51,922 nucleotides of DNA, taken from positions 1 through 51,922 of the forward strand of contig JBBDXO010000283.1 in assembly GCA_040902295.1 (NCBI GenBank). Direction: 5' to 3'. This DNA is from Candidatus Rokuibacteriota bacterium (GTDB lineage: Bacteria > Methylomirabilota > Methylomirabilia > Rokubacteriales > CSP1-6). Position 1 is the first letter of the stretch, and every line of letters begins with the position of its first letter. Shown here in pieces: positions 34,620-44,657 of the stretch. The position numbers and the translations under genes are program-made. Under the pieces are notes generated by a model, which saw nothing but the letters and a program-made list of their open reading frames with translations, had not been told where the DNA came from and did not search any database.

Positions 34620-35445
34620 GATTCATCCCACCGCGCTCGTCGACCCGCGCGCCACGCTCGGAGCGGGCGTGCGCGTGGGCGCCTTCACGGTGGTGGGGCC
34701 GGAGGTCACGCTGGAGGCGGGCGTCGAGCTGGGTCATCACGTGATCGTGGAAGGCCGGGTGATGCTCGGCGCCGGCGTCCGGGTCGGCCACGGCGCCGTG
34801 CTCGGCGCCGTCCCTCAGGATGTGAAGTTCAAGGACGGCACGCCGTCCGGCGTGCGCGTGGGCGCCGCCACCGTCATCCGCGAGTACGTCACGGTGAGCC
34901 GGGCCACGAAGCCCGACATGTCGACCGAGATCGGCAGCGGCTGCCTGCTCATGACGGGAAGCCACGTGGCGCACGACTGCCGGCTCGGTGACGGCGTCAT
35001 CGTGATCAACTCCGCGGGCATCACCGGCCACTGCGACATCGGCGACCGCGCCACCATCGGCGGCTTCGTGGGGCTCGTGCCGTTCACGCGCGTGGGCACC
35101 CATGCCTACGTGGGCGGCTACAGCAAGTGCGTGGCCGACATTCCGCCCTACGTGCTGGCGGAGGGCAACCCGGCCACGGCGCGCGCCGTCAACGTGATCG
35201 GCGTGCGCCGCGCGGGCATGGAGCCCGGCGACCGCCGGCTGCTCCAGGACGCCTTCCGTATTCTGTACCGCAGCGGCTTGAGCCCCCGCCGGGCCACCGA
35301 GCGCATCCGGGACACGCTGCCGGCGGCGGCGCCCATCACGGTGCTGCTCGACTTCATCGCCGGCTCGCGGCGTGGCATCTGCGCCGGCGGTGAGGCGGAC
35401 GCCGCCGAGGATCCGGCCGCCGTGGCCGGGGAGGGCGAACGCTGA
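34603..35445 (+). CDS. lpxA: Acyl-ACP--UDP-N-acetylglucosamine O-acyltransferase.
   Basis: N-terminus [26 protein letters not shown], hexapeptide repeats and a helical C-terminus. The start is ATG 34603 or 34606. Confidence 0.88.
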   Translation: MMGATEIHPTALVDPRATLGAGVRVGAFTVVGPEVTLEAGVELGHHVIVEGRVMLGAGVRVGHGAVLGAVPQDVKFKDGTPSGVRVGAATVIREYVTVSRATKPDMSTEIGSGCLLMTGSHVAHDCRLGDGVIVINSAGITGHCDIGDRATIGGFVGLVPFTRVGTHAYVGGYSKCVADIPPYVLAEGNPATARAVNVIGVRRAGMEPGDRRLLQDAFRILYRSGLSPRRATERIRDTLPAAAPITVLLDFIAGSRRGICAGGEADAAEDPAAVAGEGER

Positions 35446-36467
35446 TGGCGGTGATTCCCGCGCGCGCGGGCGTGGTGGGCACGGGGCACATGGGCCAGTA
35501 TCACGTGCTCGCCTATGCCGAGCTGCCGGACGTCGAGCTCGTGGGGGTGGCCGACATCGATCCCGTCCGTGCCGCCGCCATCGCGGCGCAGTACGAGACG
35601 GTGGCGTTCACGGATCACCGCGACATGATCGGGCGCGTGGACGTCGCCAGCGTGGCCGTGCCCACCGAGCAGCACTTCCACGTCGCGCGCGACCTCCTCG
35701 AAGCGGGCATCAGCGTGCTCATCGAAAAGCCGATGACGCCCACCATGGACGAGGCGAGGGCGCTCTTCGCCATCGCCACCCGCACCGGCTCCGTCCTGCA
35801 CGTCGGCCACGTGGAGCGGTTCAACGGCGCCGTGGACGAGCTCAAGCAGATCGTGAGCGGCCCCATCCTCATCGAGTCGCGGCGCCTGGGGCCCTTCGTG
35901 CCCCGCGTGCAGAAGGACACGGTGATCATGGATCTCATGATCCACGACATCGACATCGTGCTCGCGCTGGTGGGCTCGCCCGCCCGGCACCTCACCGCCT
36001 TCGGCGCCTCCGTGCACTCGGACGTGGCCGACGTGGCGAGCGTGCAGATTCGCTTCGAGTCGGGGGCGATCGCCACCATCACCGCCAGCCGCGCCACCGA
36101 GGAGAAGATCCGCACGCTGGCCATCACGCAGCCCGACGCCTACATCGTGCTGGACTACACCGAGCAGGACATCCACATCTACCGGCGCGCCACGCAGCAG
36201 TACGCGATGAACCGCAAGTCCATCCGCTACTCGCGGGCCTCCTTCGTGGAGCACCTCAAGGTGCACCGTGACAACCCGCTCAAGCTCGAGCTCCAGCACC
36301 TCATCGCCGCCGTGCGACGGCACCGGGCCGGGGAGGCGGTGGAGCTGGTTCAGAACGAGGATCTGCGCTCGCTGGCGATGGCGCTCGAGATCGAGCGGAT
36401 GATCCGGGACGGCGTGAGCGAGGTCGCGCTGGAACGGGACGTGCCGTGGAGCGGATCCTCGGGCTGA
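35445..36467 (+). CDS. Gfo/Idh/MocA family NAD(P)-dependent oxidoreductase embedded in the lipid A operon.
   Basis: Rossmann N-terminus AGVVGTGHMGQYH and the motif LIEKPM. The ATG overlaps the lpxA TGA. Confidence 0.8.
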   Translation: MAVIPARAGVVGTGHMGQYHVLAYAELPDVELVGVADIDPVRAAAIAAQYETVAFTDHRDMIGRVDVASVAVPTEQHFHVARDLLEAGISVLIEKPMTPTMDEARALFAIATRTGSVLHVGHVERFNGAVDELKQIVSGPILIESRRLGPFVPRVQKDTVIMDLMIHDIDIVLALVGSPARHLTAFGASVHSDVADVASVQIRFESGAIATITASRATEEKIRTLAITQPDAYIVLDYTEQDIHIYRRATQQYAMNRKSIRYSRASFVEHLKVHRDNPLKLELQHLIAAVRRHRAGEAVELVQNEDLRSLAMALEIERMIRDGVSEVALERDVPWSGSSG

Positions 36468-37255
36468 TCTGCGGCGCCGGCGTGTTGCCGGCGCTGATGG
36501 CGGAGCAGGCGCGGCGTCAGGGATGGCGCGTCGTCGCGTTCGCTTTTCCCGGCGCCACCGGCCTCGACGCCCACGCCCACGCCGTCATTGCCAGCCGCGT
36601 GGGCGACCTCGGCCCCGTCCTCGCCGGCCTGCAGGCGCACAAGGTGGAGAGCGTCGTCCTTTGCGGCAAGTTCTGGATGTCCGACCTCCTGCGCGCGGAG
36701 GCGCCCGACGGCGTGCAGGCACGCATGGTCGCGGAGGCGGGCGCCCTCGTGGACGCCAACATGACGGCGGTGGTGGTGACGACGCTCGGCTCCCTCGGGA
36801 TCACGCTCCTCGACCAGCGCGCGTTCCTCGGTGAGGGGCTGGGCGAGGCCGGCTGCTGGTCACGCCGGCAGCCCACGGCGCAGGAGTGGATCGACATCCG
36901 GCGTGGCTTCGTGGTGGCGCGCGTCCTCGCCGACGCCAGCGTGGGGCAGACCGTCGTCGTCAAGGGCGGCGCCGTGAGCGCGGTGGAGGCCATCGAAGGC
37001 ACGAGCGAGGCCATCCGGCGCGGGACGGCGCTGAGCGGGCCGGGCGCGGTGGTGGTGAAGTCGGTGGCGCGCGCCCACGACTTCCGCTTCGACGTCCCCA
37101 CCGTCGGCACGGAGACCATCGAGGCGGCCGCCGCCGGAGGCGCAGGGGCGGTGGCCGTGGAAGCCGGCCGCGTGTTCCTTCTCGATCGCGCCGCCACCGC
37201 GGCCCGGGCGGACGCGGCCGGCATCGCGCTCGTGAGCACCGATGGCGCCGGGTGA
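36446..37255 (+). CDS. lpxI: UDP-2,3-diacylglucosamine diphosphatase LpxI (DUF1009 family).
   Basis: N-terminus LGLICGAGVLPALMAEQARRQGWRVVAFAF and the motif EAIEGTSEAIRRG. Position between lpxA and lpxB matches described LpxI loci. Confidence 0.75.
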   Translation: MERILGLICGAGVLPALMAEQARRQGWRVVAFAFPGATGLDAHAHAVIASRVGDLGPVLAGLQAHKVESVVLCGKFWMSDLLRAEAPDGVQARMVAEAGALVDANMTAVVVTTLGSLGITLLDQRAFLGEGLGEAGCWSRRQPTAQEWIDIRRGFVVARVLADASVGQTVVVKGGAVSAVEAIEGTSEAIRRGTALSGPGAVVVKSVARAHDFRFDVPTVGTETIEAAAAGGAGAVAVEAGRVFLLDRAATAARADAAGIALVSTDGAG

Positions 37256-38414
37256 GGGCGCGCCCGTGATCATGCTCGCGGTGGGGGAGGCCTCCGGCGA
37301 TCTGCACGGCGCGCTCCTGTGCCGGGCCCTGCGCGCGGCGGCGCCCGGCTGCCGGCTCGTCGGCATGGGCGGTCCTCGCATGCGGGCGGAGGGCATGGAG
37401 GTGGCCGTCGACCTCACGGGCGCGGCGGCGGTGGGAGGCACGGAGGCGGTCGGACGCGTGCCGGCGCTCGTACGCGCGTACCGGACGCTGCGCGCGATGC
37501 TCGCCGGTGCGGCGCCACCCTCGGCGCTGGTGCTCGTGGACTTTCCCGAGTTCAACCTGCGCCTGGCCACCGCCGCGCGCCGGGCGGGCGTGCCCGTCGT
37601 CTACTTCATTCCGCCGCAGATCTGGGCGTGGCGCCCGTGGCGCATCCGCGCCCTGCGGCGCCTGACCTCCCTCGTGCTCGCCGTCCTTCCCTTCGAGCAC
37701 GCGCTGTACCGGCGGGCGGGCGTGCGCGTCGAGTTCGTCGGTCATCCCGTGCTCGACGCGCTCGCCTCGGCGCCCGGCCGTGAGCAGGCGCGCCGCGAGC
37801 TCGGCCTCGCCGCCGCCGTGCCCGTGATCGGGCTGCTGCCGGGCAGCCGCCGCGAAGAGGTGGAGCGCCTGCTGCCCGCCATGCGCGCGGCGGCGGCGCG
37901 CGTGGCGGCGGCGCGGCCCGGCGCGCGCTTCGTGCTGGCGCTGGCGCCCACCATCGAGCGCGCCACCGTGGACCGGCTGGTGGAAGGCAGCGGCGCGAGC
38001 ATCGAGGTCGTACCCGGCCGCACGCATGCCGTCATGCGCGCGGCCGATCTGCTGCTCATTGCCTCCGGCACCGCCACCCTCGAAGCCGCGCTGCTCGGCA
38101 CGCCGATGGTCGTGTGCTACCGGCTGTCGTGGCTGAGCGAGGCCATGGTGCGCCTGCTCGTCCGCGTCCCCTGGATGAGCCTGGCGAACATCACGCTGGG
38201 ACGGGCGGTGGTCCCCGAGCTCTACCGTGACACCTCCGGCGAGACCCTCGCCGCTGCGGCGCTGCGCCTGCTCGACACCCCGGGCGCCCTGCAGGCGCAA
38301 CGCGACGCCTTCGCCGAGCTCACGGGGCAGCTCGGGGAGCCCGGCGTGTGCGACCGCGCCGCCCGCCTCATCCTGCACGTCGCGCATGCCGACCATCCGG
38401 GCGTTGTGCGCTGA
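37242..38414 (+). CDS. lpxB: Lipid-A-disaccharide synthase.
   Basis: Motifs GEASGDLHGA and VYFIPPQIWAWR. The start may be 37242, 37266 or 37272. Confidence 0.88.
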   Translation: MAPGEGAPVIMLAVGEASGDLHGALLCRALRAAAPGCRLVGMGGPRMRAEGMEVAVDLTGAAAVGGTEAVGRVPALVRAYRTLRAMLAGAAPPSALVLVDFPEFNLRLATAARRAGVPVVYFIPPQIWAWRPWRIRALRRLTSLVLAVLPFEHALYRRAGVRVEFVGHPVLDALASAPGREQARRELGLAAAVPVIGLLPGSRREEVERLLPAMRAAAARVAAARPGARFVLALAPTIERATVDRLVEGSGASIEVVPGRTHAVMRAADLLLIASGTATLEAALLGTPMVVCYRLSWLSEAMVRLLVRVPWMSLANITLGRAVVPELYRDTSGETLAAAALRLLDTPGALQAQRDAFAELTGQLGEPGVCDRAARLILHVAHADHPGVVR

Positions 38415-39064
38415 TGCTCGCCGGGCTCGTTCCCTCCGTCGCCGCCGCCGCCGTGCGCGTGCTCGGCGCCACGCTGCGCGTGCGCGCGTCGGGGATCGAG
38501 CCGCTGCTGCCGATGTGGCAGTCGGGGCAACCGCTGATCTACGCCGTGTGGCACGGGCGCATCCTCATGGTGCCGTGGCTGAGCGCCCGGCTGCGGCGCA
38601 CCCGCGGCGCCCGCACCGTGCGCGTGCTCGCGAGCCGCTCGCGCGACGGCGAGCTGGTCGCGCGCTACGTGCGGCGCTTTGGCCTCGGAGTGGTGCGCGG
38701 CTCCTCGTCGCGCGGCGGCCCCGCGGCCCTGCGCGCGCTCGCGCGGGCGCTGCGGGCGGGCGAGGACGTGGCCGTGGTGCCGGACGGTCCGCGCGGCCCG
38801 CGCTGCCGCCTGCAGCCGGGGGTCGTCATGCTGGCGGCCACCACGGGCGCCCCCATCATTCCCATGGGGTTCGCCGCGCGCCCGGCGCGGCGGCTGTCGA
38901 GCTGGGACGAGCTGCTCATCCCCGCGCCCTTCGCGCGCTGCGCGGTCGCCTTCGGCGCCGCCACCACCGTCGCCCGCGATGCCGACCGCGAGCAGGCGCG
39001 CGCCCGGGTGGAGCGCGCGCTGAACGAGATCACCGCCACCGCCGACCGCATGGTGACGCGGTGA
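38414..39064 (+). CDS. DUF374-like protein (lysophospholipid acyltransferase-like, uncharacterised).
   Basis: Family-typical strings YAVWHGRILMVP, SRSRDGELVARYVRRFGLGVVRGSSSRGG and VVPDGPRGP. The start overlaps the lpxB stop and the stop overlaps the waaA start. Confidence 0.7.
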   Translation: MLAGLVPSVAAAAVRVLGATLRVRASGIEPLLPMWQSGQPLIYAVWHGRILMVPWLSARLRRTRGARTVRVLASRSRDGELVARYVRRFGLGVVRGSSSRGGPAALRALARALRAGEDVAVVPDGPRGPRCRLQPGVVMLAATTGAPIIPMGFAARPARRLSSWDELLIPAPFARCAVAFGAATTVARDADREQARARVERALNEITATADRMVTR

Positions 39065-40341
39065 TGTACCCGCTCTACACCGGCGTGCTCGCGGGGGCGC
39101 TCACCGCGTATGTGCCCGTCGTCGTCGCGCGGCGCCTGCTGCGCGGCGCGCCCATGAACCTCCGTGAGCGCCTCGGCCGCGGCGGCCACGTGCGGGCCGC
39201 GGGGCCGGCGGGCTGGGTGCACGCGGTGTCGGTGGGCGAGGCCATTGCCGCCGCCCCGCTCGTGGAGGGGCTGCGCCGCGCCTACCCGGAGCTGCCGCTG
39301 GTCGTCTCCACGGTGACGGAGACGGGGGCGCGCGTGGTGCGGGAGCGCTACGCAGGCATCGCCGCTCACCGCTTCTTTCCGCTGGACCTGCCGGGCGCCG
39401 TCCGCCGCGTGCTGGACGACGTCAACCCGGCGTTCTTCATCTGCATGGAGACGGAGCTGTGGCCGAACATGCTGCGCGCCCTCGCCGCGCGCGGGGTGCC
39501 GGCGATGATCGCCAACGGCCGGCTGTCCGACCGGTCGTACCGGCGCTATCGCCTCGTGCGGGGCGCCATGCGCTCCGTCCTCGCGGACGTGCGCGTGTTC
39601 GCCATGCAGTCGGACGAGGACGCGCGCCGGGTTCTCGCCCTCGGCGCCGAGCCCGAGCGGGTGGTCGTCACCGGCAACCTCAAGAACGAGGCCTCGCCCG
39701 ATCCCGCGGGCGCCACCGACATCTGGCGCCGGCTGCTCGCGCTGCGCCCCGGCCAGCCGGTATGGATCGCGGGCAGCACGCACCGCGGCGAGGACGAGGC
39801 GGTCCTGGACGCGCACGCGCAGGCGCTGGGGGAGTGGCCCGCGCTGACGCTGGTGATCGCGCCCCGCCATCCGCAGCGCGTGGCGGAAGTGCAGGCGCTC
39901 GTCGGCGCCCGCGGATGGACGGCCGTGCGCCGCAGCCAGCTGCCGGCCCAGCGTCCGGCGCGCACCGTCATCGTGCTCGACACCGTCGGCGAGCTCGCGC
40001 AGCTCTACTCCGTGGCCGACGTCGTGTTCGTGGGCGGCAGCATGGTGGACGCGGGCGGCCACAACATGCTCGAGCCCGTCCTGCGCGGCAAGCCCGTCCT
40101 CTTCGGCCCCCACACGCAGAACTTTCGCGAGTCGGCCGCCCTGCTCATCGACAGCGGGGCCGCCGCCGTGGTGCGCGACGGCGCGGCCCTCGGCGCCGAG
40201 CTGCGCCGCCTCCTCGCCGACCCCGCCCTGTGCGTGGCGCGCGGAGCGGCGGGGTACGCCGCGGTGGCCTCGCGGCACGGCGCCGTGCGGGAGACACTCG
40301 AGCTCGTGGCGCGCTTTCTCCATCCCGGGACGCGCGTGTGA
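39064..40341 (+). CDS. waaA: 3-deoxy-D-manno-octulosonic acid (Kdo) transferase.
   Basis: Motifs WVHAVSVGE and FVGGSMVDAGGHNMLEP. Length 425 aa. Confidence 0.88.
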   Translation: MYPLYTGVLAGALTAYVPVVVARRLLRGAPMNLRERLGRGGHVRAAGPAGWVHAVSVGEAIAAAPLVEGLRRAYPELPLVVSTVTETGARVVRERYAGIAAHRFFPLDLPGAVRRVLDDVNPAFFICMETELWPNMLRALAARGVPAMIANGRLSDRSYRRYRLVRGAMRSVLADVRVFAMQSDEDARRVLALGAEPERVVVTGNLKNEASPDPAGATDIWRRLLALRPGQPVWIAGSTHRGEDEAVLDAHAQALGEWPALTLVIAPRHPQRVAEVQALVGARGWTAVRRSQLPAQRPARTVIVLDTVGELAQLYSVADVVFVGGSMVDAGGHNMLEPVLRGKPVLFGPHTQNFRESAALLIDSGAAAVVRDGAALGAELRRLLADPALCVARGAAGYAAVASRHGAVRETLELVARFLHPGTRV

Positions 40342-41432
40342 GCCCGGTGCGGCGCGGCCTGGCGAGCTGGTGGCAGCGCGGCGCCGCGGGCGCGGGCGCG
40401 CAGCGGGCGCTCGGCGCCGCCTCCGGCGGCTACCGCGGGCTGCTGACCACGCGCGAGTGGCTGTACGCGCGCGGCGTGCTGCGCTCGCGCGCGCTGCCCT
40501 GTCCGGTGGTCTCGGTGGGCAACCTCACCGTGGGGGGCACGGGCAAGACGCCCGCGGTGGAGATGGCCGTGCGCACGCTCATCGATCTCGGCCACACGCC
40601 GGCGGTGGTGAGCCGCGGCTACGGCCGCCGCAGCACGGGCATCCAGATCGTCGCCGATGCCGCCTCCATTCGCCTCGACGCGGAGGAGGCCGGCGACGAG
40701 CCCTTCCTGCTCGCCCGGCGATTGCCCGGTGTGCCCGTGGTGGTCGGCTCGAACCGTTACGAGGCCGGCCGCACCGCCGTGGCGCGCTTCGGCGTGACGG
40801 CGATCGTGCTCGACGACGGCCTGCAGCACCGCACGCTCGTCAAGAATCTCGAGATCGTGATGGCGCGCGCCACGGAGCCGTGGGGCAACGGCCGGCTGCT
40901 GCCGCGCGGGCCGCTGCGCGAGCCGGTGAGCGGTCTGGCCCGCGCCCATCTCGTCGTCGTCACGGGCGCGGCCACGCCGGGCGCGGCGCCGGAGGTGGTG
41001 GCGGCGGTGGCGCGCTACGCTCCCGGGGTCCCCGTGCTGACCGCGCGGCACGCGCCCACCGGGTGCTGGGAAGCGGGCACCATGCGGGCTGTTGCCATCG
41101 ACCACCTCGCACGGGCCCGCCTCCTCGGCTTCGCCGGCATCGCGGCGCCCGCCGGGTTTCGGCGCACCCTGGAGGAGACGGGCGCCGGCGTGGTCGAGCT
41201 CGTGCCGTTCCCGGACCATCATTGGTACACGCGCGACGACCTCGCGCGGCTCGAGCGCCGCGGCGCCGAGCTCGGCGTGGATGCCCTCGTGACGACGGAG
41301 AAGGACTGGGTGCGCCTGCGCCGGCTGCCGCCGCCCACGCGGCCCCTGTACGTGCTGAGCATCCGGCTCGTCCTCACCACGGCGGAAACGGAATGGCTGG
41401 AGGCCTTCCGGACGCGATGCCCGACGCCATAG
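40338..41432 (+). CDS. lpxK: Tetraacyldisaccharide 4'-kinase.
   Basis: P-loop [16 protein letters not shown] and the motifs VVSRGYGR and LDDGLQH. Confidence 0.85.
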   Translation: MSPVRRGLASWWQRGAAGAGAQRALGAASGGYRGLLTTREWLYARGVLRSRALPCPVVSVGNLTVGGTGKTPAVEMAVRTLIDLGHTPAVVSRGYGRRSTGIQIVADAASIRLDAEEAGDEPFLLARRLPGVPVVVGSNRYEAGRTAVARFGVTAIVLDDGLQHRTLVKNLEIVMARATEPWGNGRLLPRGPLREPVSGLARAHLVVVTGAATPGAAPEVVAAVARYAPGVPVLTARHAPTGCWEAGTMRAVAIDHLARARLLGFAGIAAPAGFRRTLEETGAGVVELVPFPDHHWYTRDDLARLERRGAELGVDALVTTEKDWVRLRRLPPPTRPLYVLSIRLVLTTAETEWLEAFRTRCPTP

Positions 41433-42418
41433 CGGTACGGCTGCCGAACTGGCTCGGGGATACCGTGATGGCGGTGCCCGCCCTCCGCGCCTTGCGCGCC
41501 GCGCACCCGGCCGCACGGGTGCTGCTCGTCGGCCCGTGGGTGTCGGTGCTGGCCGGGCAGGGGCTCGCGGAATCGCTGGTCACGTACCCCCGCGCCTGGG
41601 CGGGACGGCTGGCGATGAGCGATGCCGCGCGCCGCTTCGGTGCCGACGTCGCCGTCCTGCTGGCGAGCTCGACGGAGGCCGTGCTCGCCGCCTGGTACTG
41701 GGGCGCGCGGCGGCGCATCGGCTTCTCCGGCGGCGGCCACAGCCTGCTCCTGACCGATGCGGTGGACCGCCCGCAGCCGCGCCTGCATCAGATCGACGAG
41801 TACCTGCGGCTGGCCGAGCACGCGGGCGGTATCACGGGCGACCGCGTCCCGCGCCTGGCGCCGCCCGACGCGGACGACCCGGCGCGCGGCGAGACGCGCG
41901 CGCTGCTGCGCGAGGTCGGCGCGCGTGAGGGCCGGCTCCTCGTCGGCGTGCATCTCGGGGCCGCCTACGGTCCCGCCAAGGTGTGGCCGCTGGAGCGCAC
42001 CGCGGAGTTCTGCCGGCTCGCGCACGCGGCGGGCGTGGACGTCGTGCTGCTCGGCGCCCCCGGCGACGCGGCCGGCGCCGCCCGTGTGGCGGCGGCCGCC
42101 CCCGCGCTCAGCCTCGTCGGCCGCGACCGGCCGCCGCTGCTGCCGGCGCTCCTCACGGAGGTCGATGCACTGGTGAGCGGCGACACCGGGGTGGCGCACC
42201 TGGCCGCGGCGCTCGGGACGCGCGTCATCACGCTCTTCGGCCCCACGGACGCCGCGCTCACGGCGCCGCGCGGCGCGGCGGCCTCGTACCTCGCCCATCC
42301 CGTGCCGTGCTCGCCGTGCTTCTACCGGGCGTGCCCCATCGAGCATCCGTGCCTGCGGTCCATCGACGCCGCCGCCGTGCTCCACGGCGTGCTCGGCGGC
42401 TCCGCGGTGCGTGCATGA
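41417..42418 (+). CDS. Glycosyltransferase family 9 (ADP-heptose:LPS heptosyltransferase, WaaF-like).
   Basis: The N-terminus PNWLGDTVMAVPALRALR resembles the WaaF PSWVGDMMM region. C-terminal motif SGDTGVAHLAAALG. Confidence 0.72.
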   Translation: MPDAIAVRLPNWLGDTVMAVPALRALRAAHPAARVLLVGPWVSVLAGQGLAESLVTYPRAWAGRLAMSDAARRFGADVAVLLASSTEAVLAAWYWGARRRIGFSGGGHSLLLTDAVDRPQPRLHQIDEYLRLAEHAGGITGDRVPRLAPPDADDPARGETRALLREVGAREGRLLVGVHLGAAYGPAKVWPLERTAEFCRLAHAAGVDVVLLGAPGDAAGAARVAAAAPALSLVGRDRPPLLPALLTEVDALVSGDTGVAHLAAALGTRVITLFGPTDAALTAPRGAAASYLAHPVPCSPCFYRACPIEHPCLRSIDAAAVLHGVLGGSAVRA

Positions 42419-43545
42419 GCGAGCCGCTCAGCATCCTGCACCTGGCGGCGAACCGATGGTGGACGGGCAGCGCCGATCCCGTCATCCGCATGGCGCTGGC
42501 GCAGCGCGCGCGCGGGCACCAGGTGCGCCTGGGGGTGATTCCCGGCGACCGCTTCGAGGCCAAGGCGCGTGAAGCGGGCCTCGAGGTGGTGGAAGGCCTC
42601 CACCTGCGCGCGCGCCTGGCGCCGCTGGAGCACGCGCGGGATGTCCGCCGCCTGCGCCGCCTCGTGCGCGAGGACGCCGTGGACGTCATCCACACCCACC
42701 ACTCGCACGATCACTGGATGGCCCTGGCCGTGCGCCCGCGGCGGGCGGACGGCGGGCGCGCCGCGGTCGTGCGCACCTTTCACAACCATCGCTCGGTCAA
42801 GTCGGACGCCTTCTCGCGCGCCCTCTACGGCCGCACGGGGGCCGTCTTCGCGGTGTCGCGGCAGATCGAGTCGCGATGCCGGGCGGTGGGTATCCCCGCC
42901 GACCGCGTGTTCTGGATTCCGGGCGTGGCCGACCTGCCGCGCTTCTCGGCGCCGGCCGACGGCGGCAGCGTGCGGGACGAGTTCAAGCTGGGGGAGGCGC
43001 CCGTGATCGTGTCGGTGGCGCGCCTGGCGCACAACCGCGGTCACGAGCTGCTGCTCGCCGGCTTCCGCCGGCTGCTCGACGATGTGCCCGCCGCGCGGCT
43101 GCTGCTCGTGGGCAAGGGCGAGACGCGCGGGCGGCTCGAGCAGCTGGTGGCGGACCTCGGGCTGGGCGGGGCCGTGATCTTCACGGGCTATCGCGACCGC
43201 GACCTGCCCGCCGTGCTCGCGGCGGGCGACGGCTTCGCGCTCATGGCCGCGGGCTCCGATGATTCGTGCCGCGCGGTGCTGGAGGCGATGGCGGCGGGCC
43301 TGCCCGTCGTGGCCCGGCGCGTGGGCGCGTTGCCGGAGACCGTGGTCGACGGCGAGACGGGCCACCTCGTCGGCGACGCCGCGCCGGACGCGGTGGCGGC
43401 CGCGCTGCGCGCGATCGTGACCGACCGGGCGCGCGCGCGGGCGATGGGCGCCGCGGGGCGGCGGCGGGCCGAGACCGAGTTCAGCCCCGACCGCTCGGTG
43501 GAGACCGTGGAGCGCGTGTACCGGCGCCTCACGGGGCGCGCATGA
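42415..43545 (+). CDS. Glycosyltransferase family 4 (GT-B fold).
   Basis: N-terminus ILHLAANRWWTGSADP and the C-terminal EX7E-type region EAMAAGLPVVARRVGALPETVVDGETG. ATGA overlap. Confidence 0.75.
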   Translation: MSEPLSILHLAANRWWTGSADPVIRMALAQRARGHQVRLGVIPGDRFEAKAREAGLEVVEGLHLRARLAPLEHARDVRRLRRLVREDAVDVIHTHHSHDHWMALAVRPRRADGGRAAVVRTFHNHRSVKSDAFSRALYGRTGAVFAVSRQIESRCRAVGIPADRVFWIPGVADLPRFSAPADGGSVRDEFKLGEAPVIVSVARLAHNRGHELLLAGFRRLLDDVPAARLLLVGKGETRGRLEQLVADLGLGGAVIFTGYRDRDLPAVLAAGDGFALMAAGSDDSCRAVLEAMAAGLPVVARRVGALPETVVDGETGHLVGDAAPDAVAAALRAIVTDRARARAMGAAGRRRAETEFSPDRSVETVERVYRRLTGRA

Positions 43546-44657
43546 GGATCCTGCACCTCATGTCGTGTCGTGGCTGGTCCTCGGACGCCTACTGGGCCGC
43601 GCGCGTCACCTGCGAGCTGCAGGCGCGGGGACACGACGTCACGCTCGGCTGCCGCCGGGGGACGGAGACGCGCGTCATCGACCGGGCGCGGCGTGAGGGC
43701 GTCGCGGACATCGCGACGTTCACCTTCTCGAGCGGCGTCGAGCCGGGCGGGGACGTGGCGGACGTGCGGCGGCTGCGCGAGGCGCTGCACACCGCCGACG
43801 TCGTGCACGTTCACCGCGGCAAGGAGCACTGGCTCGCCGCCGTGGCCAATCGCCTCGCGGGCGCGCGACGCCCGCTCGTGCGCACCCGCCACATCGTGCA
43901 GGTGGTGCGCGCGCATGCGGGCAACCGGTGGCTCTACAAGCACGCGACGTCGCTGGTCATCGCGGTCACCGGCGCCATCCGTGCTCAGTACGTCGCCTCC
44001 GGACTCGTGGACCCGCACCGGGTCGTGGTGTTGCAGGGCGGCGCCGACACGGCCGTGTATCGGCCGCAGCCCGCCGATGCCACCGTGCGACAGGTGGTGG
44101 GCGGCGAGGCGAGCGTGCCCCTCGTCGGCCTCGTCGGCGGCCTCCGCTACATGAAAGGGCACGCCGTGGTCGTGGACGCCGCCGCCCGCCTCGCCGCCCG
44201 CGGTGTGCGGCCCCGCTTCACCTTCGTCGGTCACGGCTCCATGGAGCGGGTCATCGCGGACACGATCACGCGCGCCGGACTCGACTCGCAGTTCACGCTC
44301 GCAGGGTGGATCTCCGACCTTCCGGCGGTCATGGCCGCGTTCGACGTTGCTCTCTACGTCCCGCTCGAGTCGGAAGGGATGTCGCGCGTGGTGTTCGAGT
44401 ATCTGGCGGCCGGGCGCCCGCTCGTCGCCTCCCGCGTGGGGGTGGTGCCCGAGGTGCTCACGGACGGCCGGCACGCGGCTCTGGTGGCGGCGGGCGACGC
44501 GGGCACGCTGGCGGCGGCGCTGGAACGCTTGCTCGCGGACGCGCCATTGCGCGCGCGCCTCGGCGAGGGCGGCCGCGCGCTCGTGCTCGAGCGGTACTCG
44601 GGCGCGCGCGTGGCGGAGGCGCTCGAGGGGTATTACGCCCGTCTCCTCGCCGCGTGA
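43542..44657 (+). CDS. Glycosyltransferase family 4 (GT-B fold).
   Basis: N-terminus MRILHLMSCRGWSSDAYW and the C-terminal region FEYLAAGRPLVASRVGVVPEVLTDG. ATGA overlap. Confidence 0.72.
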   Translation: MRILHLMSCRGWSSDAYWAARVTCELQARGHDVTLGCRRGTETRVIDRARREGVADIATFTFSSGVEPGGDVADVRRLREALHTADVVHVHRGKEHWLAAVANRLAGARRPLVRTRHIVQVVRAHAGNRWLYKHATSLVIAVTGAIRAQYVASGLVDPHRVVVLQGGADTAVYRPQPADATVRQVVGGEASVPLVGLVGGLRYMKGHAVVVDAAARLAARGVRPRFTFVGHGSMERVIADTITRAGLDSQFTLAGWISDLPAVMAAFDVALYVPLESEGMSRVVFEYLAAGRPLVASRVGVVPEVLTDGRHAALVAAGDAGTLAAALERLLADAPLRARLGEGGRALVLERYSGARVAEALEGYYARLLAA

